From Lachnoclostridium sp. UBA3262 (GTDB lineage Bacteria > Bacillota > Clostridia > Lachnospirales > Lachnospiraceae): 64,000 nucleotides of DNA. The notes beneath the pieces were generated by a model that was given only the letters and a program-made list of their open reading frames with translations, was not told the DNA's origin and did not search any database. The position numbers and the translations under genes are program-made. The stretch covers positions 43,639-107,638 of the forward strand of contig DEUM01000009.1 in NCBI GenBank assembly GCA_002362575.1. Direction: 5' to 3'. Below, one piece after another: positions 20,974-29,456 of this stretch (its first letter is position 1; each line of letters begins with the position of its first letter).

Positions 20974-23559
20974 ATGCATAACGAGGTACTCGGGATTGAT
21001 AAACATACTGAAATGGAAAAACGACAGGCTGCTTACGCATTGAATATGTGTACTGTTTCGGTTTCTCAAATTGTGGATTATAACGATGCCTATATTATGG
21101 AACAGGAATATGAAGCGATTTTGAATAATTTGAATCTTAAACAGATGCCCAAAGACGAGGCACTACTAAGAATATTGTCTGAAATCATGAATACAATTAC
21201 ATTTTTCCGTATTCAGGATATTAGAAAAAAACAAATAGAAAAGAAATATGAATCACGTATGAAGAATGCAATCTGGTCGGCTGTGCCAAGTCTAAATGTA
21301 GTAGTTTCGGGGAACCCCGTAGCAATTGCATTGGCATTAGTTACACAAATAGGCTCAGGATATATGAATTATAGAAAAGAAAAAGCTAGTGCTGGAACCG
21401 ATAAAGAAGATGCTGAAATAGAACTGGAAATTACTGCAATTGAGCAATTGAATTCATTAAAAAGAGAACTTTTTACTACAGCTTGGAGATTGGCAGATGA
21501 ATATGATTTCGAGGATGAATGGAGACTGACAGAAAAACAAATAAAACAATATAATGATATTTTGATTGATTATGATGAATTAAGAAAATATGAACGGTTA
21601 GATGCAATGAAAGAGAATTTTTCTGCATATCCTCCATTTTGGTATTATATTGGAAATGCAGCCAACAATATTGCCAAAAGCCACGAACTTGAGTTGAGTG
21701 TTGAGACCAGGCAGAAGTATAAAGAAATTGCATTAGCTCATTTTGAAAAGTATGAGGAAGTGAGTGAGAACAGTATTCTTCGTCAGGATCAATTAAATTC
21801 ATCATGTGCTTTGGAGCATGTTGAATTATTGCTAGAAGACAATAATTTTGACAGAGATAAGGTGGTAAAACTAATTACTAAAGCTGCAAAAATGTCTGGC
21901 AATGCATTTGATGTTCTGCAGGTATGCTCAATTGCATTTTTGAAAATAAATGAATTAGAAGGTGCAAGTAGAATTCTGAGAATTCTTGTAAATGAAGATT
22001 ATAACAAAACTGTAAATGCTCAATTATTAAGTGGAATATATGTAAGAGAAAAAAATAAAATTGATTATGATATTCTTACAACTAGAGTTGCACCTCAATA
22101 TCTTTATCCTCTGCCTTTGCAAGGAGAGGATGAAGCTGTTTTAGAAGCAAAATTTGAACAACAACAAAAGAAGGTACTAAAAGGGAAATATAAAAAAGTC
22201 CTTGAGAAGACTATTGATAAGTATTCAATGGAATTGTATAGAGAGATTTCTATTTTTGACTTAGATGAAGAATATTCCGATGATTTTTTTGAAAATAGTA
22301 AAAGGGCTAAGAAAACCCGTATTATGTCGGCAAAGAGAATGTTTCTAGATGATTCCAAGCGCGATTATTATCTTGAAAGAATGAGTTCAATTAATCTTCC
22401 GACAGAATATGTTGATATATTAGAGAATATGTTTGGGGCATTATTTAAAACATCAATTTATTCAGATCCTGTTCTTCAAGGAGAGGCTTTAGATAGGACA
22501 AGCAATGCGATTGTTACTTATCGAGATGCTATTAATTCAATTCAGGAAGATATTAAGAACCAATCATTTTCATTGAAAGATTACGAAAGGATTCAGAGGG
22601 TGGGTATATATCATTTTGTGAAAGATGCATTTAACATGTTATATCATCAGACGTGTAAAATGATTGACGGTGCTGTAATGAACGATTTATTATCAATGGA
22701 AGGTGATTTGTTATCTTACTGTGATAGAGTAGGGATTGCAATGCCAGAAATTTCCTTGGGTGGAGAGTGCAGTAATAAAGATTTTGATGAACCGAAGGAA
22801 TTGTTTGATGTGAGTATGTTTGGAGCCAAGGCAATATCTGTTAAGCGTGATTTGGACTATATTAACAATATGCTCGCTTTTATTGAGAATAAGATGAATG
22901 ATGCAAATGCAGGAGAAAACTTGGTTATTTTATACAGAGGTAATGTAGAATTTGAGCGATATTTCAATGATGTAGCATTTGAAAAATATCCTTCACTCAA
23001 GTCAAATTCATTAATGATAATAAAAAGTAATGGAAAGACAAGGACTGACTTAATCTATACAACGGAAGGTATTGTTTATGTTCAGAAGGGCAAGGTTAAG
23101 AAGAAAACACCATATGCAGATGTTATATATGCACAAGATAATTTGGTGTTATTCGGAACAAAGTATAAGAACGACTCAATCAACATTGCAGTTTTATATG
23201 ACATTGTAAAGGGAATTGACAAGAAGTTTATCAACGTCAACGATTTAGAACAGAAAATTGAGTATGTAGGAAAAATTGATGCTAAATCATTAAATGAATG
23301 GTTTAAGAGTCGCCCAGATGCTATGGATGATAGTGTAACAAGGGTTTATGCTTGGCCAAATAAGGAATTATTTAATGGATTAGGCTATTGCTTGCAGGAA
23401 GATTTAGACAGTGAAAGGTATTTGCTTCAGTTTTATTATGATAATGAATCAAATGATATTATTGGATTACGAATTGTAGAGTTTGATGCAATTGATGAAT
23501 CATTAAAGTCTAAACTGAACGGTGCAGGTGGTGTAATTCAATTGGAAAAAGGGGGGTGA
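20974..23559 (+). CDS. Large hypothetical protein: hydrophobic segment plus coiled coil, TPR-like helices, PH-like segment and a C-terminal module shared with the downstream genes
   Basis: 861-aa ORF with RBS aagga. The domain reading is by eye only. Confidence 0.75.
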   Translation: MHNEVLGIDKHTEMEKRQAAYALNMCTVSVSQIVDYNDAYIMEQEYEAILNNLNLKQMPKDEALLRILSEIMNTITFFRIQDIRKKQIEKKYESRMKNAIWSAVPSLNVVVSGNPVAIALALVTQIGSGYMNYRKEKASAGTDKEDAEIELEITAIEQLNSLKRELFTTAWRLADEYDFEDEWRLTEKQIKQYNDILIDYDELRKYERLDAMKENFSAYPPFWYYIGNAANNIAKSHELELSVETRQKYKEIALAHFEKYEEVSENSILRQDQLNSSCALEHVELLLEDNNFDRDKVVKLITKAAKMSGNAFDVLQVCSIAFLKINELEGASRILRILVNEDYNKTVNAQLLSGIYVREKNKIDYDILTTRVAPQYLYPLPLQGEDEAVLEAKFEQQQKKVLKGKYKKVLEKTIDKYSMELYREISIFDLDEEYSDDFFENSKRAKKTRIMSAKRMFLDDSKRDYYLERMSSINLPTEYVDILENMFGALFKTSIYSDPVLQGEALDRTSNAIVTYRDAINSIQEDIKNQSFSLKDYERIQRVGIYHFVKDAFNMLYHQTCKMIDGAVMNDLLSMEGDLLSYCDRVGIAMPEISLGGECSNKDFDEPKELFDVSMFGAKAISVKRDLDYINNMLAFIENKMNDANAGENLVILYRGNVEFERYFNDVAFEKYPSLKSNSLMIIKSNGKTRTDLIYTTEGIVYVQKGKVKKKTPYADVIYAQDNLVLFGTKYKNDSINIAVLYDIVKGIDKKFINVNDLEQKIEYVGKIDAKSLNEWFKSRPDAMDDSVTRVYAWPNKELFNGLGYCLQEDLDSERYLLQFYYDNESNDIIGLRIVEFDAIDESLKSKLNGAGGVIQLEKGG

Positions 23560-23563
23560 TCGT

Positions 23564-23941
23564 ATGGGAATAGGTGCAATGATAGTATCATTGGTAGTTG
23601 CTGGGCTGATTGTTACAACTGTAATTACAATTGTTTACTTGACTGCTAAAAAACTTAAAGAATTAATTCAAAAAAGAAAAGAAAAGAATAGAAAATCCAA
23701 GGTTGCATTTGGAGAAACGAGAAAAATTGTAAAAGAAAATGCTAGGGAAATTCTAAAGAATGCGCCGTCAATGACGATGGATGATCTTGAGAGAACATGT
23801 GAAGAGACTCCATATTTTGTTGTTGACTATGACTCTGAAACCGATGAGGTGTCGGATTATGCAACAATAAAAACTGACAGCACTGACGAAAAGATTGAAA
23901 GTATTATGAACCAGAATGATGGTATTATTTTATTTGATTAG
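23564..23941 (+). CDS. Small single-pass membrane protein (shared-module family)
   Basis: N-terminal TM; C-terminus YDSETDEV...DEKIESIMNQNDGIILFD. Confidence 0.75.
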   Translation: MGIGAMIVSLVVAGLIVTTVITIVYLTAKKLKELIQKRKEKNRKSKVAFGETRKIVKENAREILKNAPSMTMDDLERTCEETPYFVVDYDSETDEVSDYATIKTDSTDEKIESIMNQNDGIILFD

Positions 23942-23950
23942 GAGGAAAAA

Positions 23951-24337
23951 ATGGTAAGAGAAATATTAATTGGAACAGGTGGAGTAATTATTGTTGCGGC
24001 TATTATTGCGGCGATAAAATATAAGATGGCTCATCAAGATGATGGTGAAATTGAAAGAATTTTTGTTGATGAGTTGAATATGGGTGAAATTAAGAAATGG
24101 TTTGTTGATAAGATGACTAATGATTCGATGATAGGTATTGTTTTTCTTCCTACAAAAGAGAATGTTAATAAGTGGAAAGTAAAAATGCCTGAGCAAAACA
24201 ATGTTTTAATTCAACTTATTTATAGTAAAGCTAATGACAAGATGATTTCATACAGAGAAGTAGGATATGCTGAAATTAGTGAAAAGGTAAAGAATCTTTT
24301 GGATATGAATGGCGGAACTATAGTAATCGAAAAATAA
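23951..24337 (+). CDS. Small single-pass membrane protein (shared-module family)
   Basis: RBS ggagg; N-terminal TM; EIKKWF...LIQLIY...SEKVKNLLDMNGGTIVIEK. Confidence 0.8.
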   Translation: MVREILIGTGGVIIVAAIIAAIKYKMAHQDDGEIERIFVDELNMGEIKKWFVDKMTNDSMIGIVFLPTKENVNKWKVKMPEQNNVLIQLIYSKANDKMISYREVGYAEISEKVKNLLDMNGGTIVIEK

Positions 24338-24356
24338 GTGATAATGGAGGTGCGAT

Positions 24357-24623
24357 ATGCTTGGGTGGTTATTACTTGGAGCATTGTTCACAGCAGCGGT
24401 AATTATAATATGTGTTTCATATTTAGATAAAAAAACGGCAATGAATAAGCTTAGAGAGAAGAGTATCCATAAAGGCGTAGTGAGGGATATTTTTCAATCA
24501 GGAAATGTTACACATATAAAACTTGACGCTATAGATACAGATGGTAATGAGAAAGAAGTTGAGTTTGAGGCAGATGCTTACAACTCCTATGAAATTAGAA
24601 AAGGAATGACAATAGTAGCATAA
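24357..24623 (+). CDS. Small single-pass membrane protein
   Basis: RBS ggaggtg; TM LGWLLLGALFTAAVIIICVSYL followed by a short beta-rich tail. Confidence 0.75.
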   Translation: MLGWLLLGALFTAAVIIICVSYLDKKTAMNKLREKSIHKGVVRDIFQSGNVTHIKLDAIDTDGNEKEVEFEADAYNSYEIRKGMTIVA

Positions 24624-24637
24624 AGGAGAAAAACGAA

Positions 24638-25027
24638 ATGTCTGAAAGTTTATCTAAATTGTCAAAAGCTGTAGAGGCATTTACAGATGTATTGACAGAA
24701 GGTATAGATTCAAAGAAGAATATTGGAATATATAAATACGAGGATTTTATTAAGTTTTTTAGAGAAAACAGAAAAGAGTATTCTATTATCAAAAAATGTA
24801 CTATTTCTGTGACAAATGTTAATGAATTTGATGGAGTTAGGTTTCCAGAGAAAAAATTTCTTATTAGAATTGTTTTATTGGATAAAAATAATAGTCCCAT
24901 TTCAATTAATGGTAAAGACGATGAAATCTTGGGAAATATAACAATTGCTAACTCGATTGACAATAAATTAGTAGAATTTATGGGTAAAAGAACAGAGAAG
25001 ACTGTTGTCTGGAAGGGAGAAAAATAG
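24638..25027 (+). CDS. Small soluble or peripheral protein, probably a divergent member of the shared-module family
   Basis: RBS aaggag; YEDFIKFF...FLIRIVLLDKNN...SIDNKLVEFM. Confidence 0.7.
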   Translation: MSESLSKLSKAVEAFTDVLTEGIDSKKNIGIYKYEDFIKFFRENRKEYSIIKKCTISVTNVNEFDGVRFPEKKFLIRIVLLDKNNSPISINGKDDEILGNITIANSIDNKLVEFMGKRTEKTVVWKGEK

Positions 25028-25354
25028 ATGTTGCCATTAATACCAATTATAGCCTTGATAGGTCCTGCTCTAGCTATGGGAGCGGTAGTATATTTAGCGG
25101 TAAAACTTACTATTTCTTTTTTAAAAAAATATAAACAAAAGAAAAATTCAAAGATAATGGCTGCTTATGTTGGGGACTTGATGAAAAATGCTCCAACGAT
25201 GTCTTTAGACGGTTTGGATGATGAGGATGTTGTTCTTGCTGAGTATGATGAAGACGAGGATGAATTAGTCCAGGATATTAGTATTTCGAGAGATACTGAT
25301 GAAAAGGTATCCGGAATAATCAAAAATAATGGTGGAATCGTGGTGTTTGAATAA
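25028..25354 (+). CDS. Small single-pass membrane protein, paralog of 23564-23941
   Basis: KNAPTMSLD vs KNAPSMTMD; DEKVSGIIKNNGGIVVFE; start abuts the upstream stop (tagatg). Confidence 0.8.
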   Translation: MLPLIPIIALIGPALAMGAVVYLAVKLTISFLKKYKQKKNSKIMAAYVGDLMKNAPTMSLDGLDDEDVVLAEYDEDEDELVQDISISRDTDEKVSGIIKNNGGIVVFE

Positions 25355-26697
25355 TGTTAGTTTATTTATACTTTTCAAAAAATAAAATATCCCAAATAAA
25401 TAATCTTGATTATGTGAAAGAAAATGTTGCAAAGAGTATAACGAAAGCTTTTAATATGTCTGCAACTATTAAGCGCTCTGATATAAGTGTACGATGTGGC
25501 AAAATATCAAAGGGTATTGATGTGTTTTTAGTAATAGATTCGAATCCATTTGCTGGAAATAGTGAAACTGCGATTGCAATGACTAAAATAAAGGAGTTAA
25601 TTAAGACTATTATTCAGACGGATCAATCTAGTCAGCTCGAATATAAAATTACATATAAGATTGAGAAAAACCATTCACCTATGGGGATAGAATATATGGG
25701 AGGTGGTGTTTTGCAAGGTAATGAGTCTGTTCACCAATTCGATAATGATGAAGAGGTGTCTGAACTTGATTATGCAAGTAGAGCTCAAGCATATGTCCCA
25801 GTAGCCCCAGCATATTCTTTTGATAGAGTAATTCTTCCCGAAGATGTTCTAGAAAAAATTGACTCTGCAATTAATATCCTTAGATATGAAAGAAGAGTTT
25901 TTCAAGAGTGGGGATTGTATGAAATCCAACCGAACCCATCCTCATCATTAAGTTTTTATGGACCATCTGGAACTGGAAAAACTATGGCGGCCGAAGCTAT
26001 AGCAGATAAACTTAGAAAGAAAATACTTAAAGTGAGTTATGCTGACGTTGAAAGTAAGTACCATGGCGAGGGACCTAAAATGGTTAAAGCTATTTTTTGG
26101 GCAGCAGAAAAAGAAGATGCGGTTTTGTTTTTTGATGAGGCGGATTCTTTGCTGTCAAAAAGATTAACTAATGTTTCGCAAGGATCTGAACAAGCAATTA
26201 ATTCGATGAGAAGTCAACTATTGATTTGCCTAGAGGAATTTAAGGGTATCGTGATTTTTGCTACTAATTTGGTTGTGAACTATGATAATGCATTCTTAAC
26301 ACGTTTGATTAGTGTTGAATTTAAATATCCGGATGCACCAACTAGAAAAAGAATATGGGATGTTCACGTTAAGTCTTCTGCAAATAAAAAATTAAATATA
26401 CCATTGGCAGATGATGTTGATACTGAAGAATTGGCGGGAAAATACGACTTTGCAGGGCGAGAAATCAGAAATGCTGTTATCTCAGCCTGTGTTAATGTTG
26501 CTATGAATGAACGTGAAATTGTAAAACAAGAAGATTTTATAAAAGCCTGCGATAAAATTGTTGAAGAAAAAGCGGGGGTTGCTAGTGCTAGTGATCATAC
26601 AACAATGAGTGAAAAAGAGAAGGAAGCTCTTAAGCAAGCGTTAATTTCAAAGATAAAAGAAGGAGGTATTACTAATGTTTCTACGACCACTGAGTAA
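25354..26697 (+). CDS. Classic-clade AAA+ ATPase with a novel N-terminal domain
   Basis: Walker A GPSGTGKT, pore loop SKYHGEG, Walker B VLFFDEAD, SRH IFATNL..NYDNAFLTR, lid FAGREIRNAV. Confidence 0.9.
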   Translation: MLVYLYFSKNKISQINNLDYVKENVAKSITKAFNMSATIKRSDISVRCGKISKGIDVFLVIDSNPFAGNSETAIAMTKIKELIKTIIQTDQSSQLEYKITYKIEKNHSPMGIEYMGGGVLQGNESVHQFDNDEEVSELDYASRAQAYVPVAPAYSFDRVILPEDVLEKIDSAINILRYERRVFQEWGLYEIQPNPSSSLSFYGPSGTGKTMAAEAIADKLRKKILKVSYADVESKYHGEGPKMVKAIFWAAEKEDAVLFFDEADSLLSKRLTNVSQGSEQAINSMRSQLLICLEEFKGIVIFATNLVVNYDNAFLTRLISVEFKYPDAPTRKRIWDVHVKSSANKKLNIPLADDVDTEELAGKYDFAGREIRNAVISACVNVAMNEREIVKQEDFIKACDKIVEEKAGVASASDHTTMSEKEKEALKQALISKIKEGGITNVSTTTE

Positions 26698-27076
26698 TGA
26701 TCAAAAAGAGTTGTTTTTGAATTTGGCTTTAGCCGCAGCATCGGCAAATAATCTAATTGAAGATTCTGAGAGACTTTTGCTTGTTGCATATGCAGATGAA
26801 ATGTCTATTGATGTTAATAAGGCATCAATGATGCAGATGGATGAAATATGCAGAAAATTAAAACAAATTTCTAATTCAAAAGAGTTAAATCAGATAGCTT
26901 TTGAGATTGTTGGCATGATGATGATCGACAATGAATATGACAAAGAGGAGAAAACATTTATTTTGAAGATGGCTGAAATTTTTGAAATTCCACAAAGTCG
27001 AATAGATAAAATGTTTAGTTGTGCTAATGAGTATTCGGCGTTGATAAAGAAAATTAATGTTTTAATGTATGAGTAA
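26675..27076 (+). CDS. TerB-like (tellurite-resistance TerB fold) protein
   Basis: Two helical halves: ELFLNLALAAASANNLIEDSE and MMMIDNEYDKEEKTFILKMAEIFEI. Confidence 0.7.
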   Translation: MFLRPLSNDQKELFLNLALAAASANNLIEDSERLLLVAYADEMSIDVNKASMMQMDEICRKLKQISNSKELNQIAFEIVGMMMIDNEYDKEEKTFILKMAEIFEIPQSRIDKMFSCANEYSALIKKINVLMYE

Positions 27077-27096
27077 TCAGATTTAATTCAAGATTG

Positions 27097-27128
27097 AAGG
27101 TGCGAAGAAATTCGCGCCTTTTGTATTT
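27097..27128 (+). terminator. Intrinsic terminator closing the AT-rich operon
   Basis: aaggtgcgaa-gaaa-ttcgcgcctt followed by ttgtattt. Confidence 0.75.
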
Positions 27129-27444
27129 ATGGACTTTGGGCTGTTGACTACGAGCGAGTTTCTCAAAAAAGAAACGAAGCCGTAGGAAACAAAAAACTAC
27201 CTGCTATGTGGGTGGAAGATAAGGCGCTATACAAAAAAATACCTTTCCAGTTTATCTCACACGAAATGGATGTGTAAATACTGATGACGAAGAAAATCTG
27301 GGAAAGATATTGTTGTATGAGTCTTTATTATGTATAGGTTATTGTTGGAGAAGATGGAATTTTAAAATTCTTATAAAGTGTGAAAGATAACCACAATATA
27401 TAAATTAGGAATAAGCTAGAGAAGTAAAAAATACCATATTAGCC

Positions 27445-27548
27445 TTGATATATCACATGTTATGCTATATAATACAATTAAAAGAGGCATAATGCGCCAA
27501 AAACAGCGCAAAACGAAGCTTGACACAGCAGTCTTTTGTTGTTATATT
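27445..27548 (+). promoter_or_regulatory. Two tandem SigA-type promoters in the Rpn copy 1 leader
   Basis: TTGATA-17-TATAAT (27445-27473) and TTGACA-17-TATATT (27520-27548). Confidence 0.6.
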
Positions 27549-27743
27549 TAACCTATCAGAAGCTTCTAAATTCAATTGAGTCCTAAAAACTCGAATCATT
27601 CATTTTGGGAAAAATCGGTAAGCAGTCGAGAAAAATTCCAGTGAGAGAAGAAAAAACTGACAGGCAGCAATGAAAGACAGAGTGTATTTCTATCTGCCTG
27701 TAAAAATAGGAAGGGAGAAATACATATGCTGAAAATTGAAACA

Positions 27744-27785
27744 GTGTACTGTATCATTTAACTAAAAACGTATGATACAGTACAC
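27744..27785. mobile_element. 42-bp palindromic insertion (MITE or IS-end remnant-like)
   Basis: Perfect 14-bp inverted repeat gtgtactgtatcat/atgatacagtacac; absent from copy 2. Confidence 0.55.
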
Positions 27786-27823
27786 ATAAAGACTTGAACC
27801 TGACAGATGATTTTCTAATCAAT

Positions 27824-27853
27824 TGTTACTATTTACAGCTATATGGAATAACA
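27824..27853. mobile_element. 30-bp imperfect palindrome flanked by a duplicated atcaat
   Basis: atcaat-[tgtta...taaca]-atcaat in copy 1 versus a single atcaat in copy 2. Confidence 0.55.
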
Positions 27854-28685
27854 ATCAATCGTGTGATGTCAGATGCTACTTATGGAGAGGAGTTTGCCAA
27901 AATTCTTTTGGGAACTATTTTCCATAGAGAAATAGGACCGTTGGTTGTCATCCCACAGAAGGTAGAGTATGGGATAGAGACAGAATGTCACGGTATCCGG
28001 TTAGATGTATATATGGAGGAAAAAGATGCCGGTATTTTTGACATGGAAGCAGACCAGAACTGGTCATTAAAAGACAGACAGTCACTGCCAAAGAGAGTAA
28101 GGTTATACCATGCAAAGATAGACGCCGGGGTTTTGGAAAGCGGAGGCGAGTATAGAGACTTGCGGAATGTCTGTGTCATCTTTATTACAACCTATGATCC
28201 ATTTGATAAGAAACGTATGGTTTACACGATTAAGAATTGCTGCACAGAGGAGCCGGACCTCCCCTACGAGGATGGTGCAAGGACAATTTTTCTCTATACA
28301 AGGGGAGTGAATGGGAATCCGCCTGCAGATTTGGCAGAATTGCTCCGGTATATGGAGGACACGACGGAGAAAAATGTGTGCAACGAAAGCATTAGAAGAC
28401 TTCATGAGATGGTTCAGCATACAAAACAGGATGCGAAAGCGGGGTTGGCTTATATGAAGTGGTATGAGATTGAGACAATGTGCAGGGAGGAAGGGGAATT
28501 TTTATTTGCTATTAAGATGGTAAGGAAGTTATTGCAGGAGCAGCAGACAATAGATAAGATTTCCCAGCTTACAGAACTGCCATATACCTTGATAGAGAAA
28601 ATCATGGAACAACTTAATCTTCATCCGGAATGGGATAACGAACAGATATTAGAGAAGATAGAAAAGTAAAATCATTAGGAATTGT

Positions 28686-28729
28686 AAAAGGCATTATTCA
28701 TCACAGCAGGTGGGTGGATGATGTCTTTT
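28686..28729 (+). terminator. Terminator after Rpn copy 1 (equivalent site at about 31921-31964 after copy 2)
   Basis: aaaaggcattattcatc pairs, with wobble pairs, with ggtggatgatgtctttt. Confidence 0.6.
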
Positions 28730-28851
28730 CTATATGTGAAAATGTTGAAAAAGGATAAGCCGATCAGGTGTTATACTAGCACTGTATAAGGATATTGTTT
28801 TGAAATAGAGAAGATTTAGAAAGCTTTATGAGATAAAGGAGGAGCAGGTTT

Positions 28852-29427
28852 ATGATATGTCCAAATTGTGGAACAAACATAGAGGATAATGCAGAGGAGT
28901 GCGAGTACTGCGGAGCGAATTTAGAGACAGAGCCTCAATATGTAACTGGAAAGAATCCATCATTGACAAATATAGCAGTAGGCTTTATTGTTGGACTTAT
29001 TATTATTTTAGCTATTGTGTTCGGAATTGTCCTCTATCAAAATTATGAAAAAAATAAGATAGATAAAAAGTACTCAGAAATTTCAGATAATTATGGATTG
29101 ACTGATATGGAGATAGAAAATAATATTAGTAGTTATTATTACAAAACTTGGTACATGGTTTCAGGAGATACTCTGACAATTACGGAAGACGAGATGATTT
29201 ATAATAAAGGTGAAGAAAAAGATAGTTACAAGGTCACAAGAATTTACAGAAGCAGTAATGATGAGATATTTACTATGATTATATTTTGCAATGGTAAATA
29301 CGGAAGAATTGAACCATATACAAAAAGAAATTATGCTGGCGAAAAGGAATATGATTATATTAAAGTTTATGACGGAGCCTCAGGCGATGGGGAACATGAA
29401 TTGTTATATGACAGACCGTCGGACTAA
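28852..29427 (+). CDS. Zinc-ribbon / single-TM / extracellular-domain protein A1
   Basis: MICPNCG...ECEYCG; TM IAVGFIVGLIIILAIVFGIVLY; RBS aaggaggag. Confidence 0.8.
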   Translation: MICPNCGTNIEDNAEECEYCGANLETEPQYVTGKNPSLTNIAVGFIVGLIIILAIVFGIVLYQNYEKNKIDKKYSEISDNYGLTDMEIENNISSYYYKTWYMVSGDTLTITEDEMIYNKGEEKDSYKVTRIYRSSNDEIFTMIIFCNGKYGRIEPYTKRNYAGEKEYDYIKVYDGASGDGEHELLYDRPSD

Positions 29428-29456
29428 ATATTTGAATGAGTAGGAGGGAAAAGTCT

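Larger units (their letters stand above)
27726..28669 (+). pseudogene. Rpn-family (PD-(D/E)XK_2) nuclease copy 1, 5' end disrupted
   Basis: The ATG at 27726, equivalent to the copy 2 start, reads MLKIETVYCII-stop because of an insertion. The frame from TTG 27794 keeps GIRLDVY, FDMEADQ and RVRLY, and carries an extra 12-codon insertion. Confidence 0.7.
27394..28778 (+). repeat. Direct repeat copy 1 (leader + Rpn gene + terminator + promoter)
   Basis: Colinear and highly similar to 30688-32014, from caatatataaat(t/c)aggaataagctagag to caggtgttatacta. Confidence 0.9.

Noticed and set aside
25354-26697. Extracellular contractile injection system (Afp15/Pvc15-like ATPase)
   Set aside because: The ATPase motifs are similar, but no sheath, tube, baseplate, VgrG or PAAR genes are recognisable nearby.
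27130-27290. Short ORF downstream of the TerB gene terminator
   Set aside because: Only short open frames with no convincing RBS or recognisable motif.
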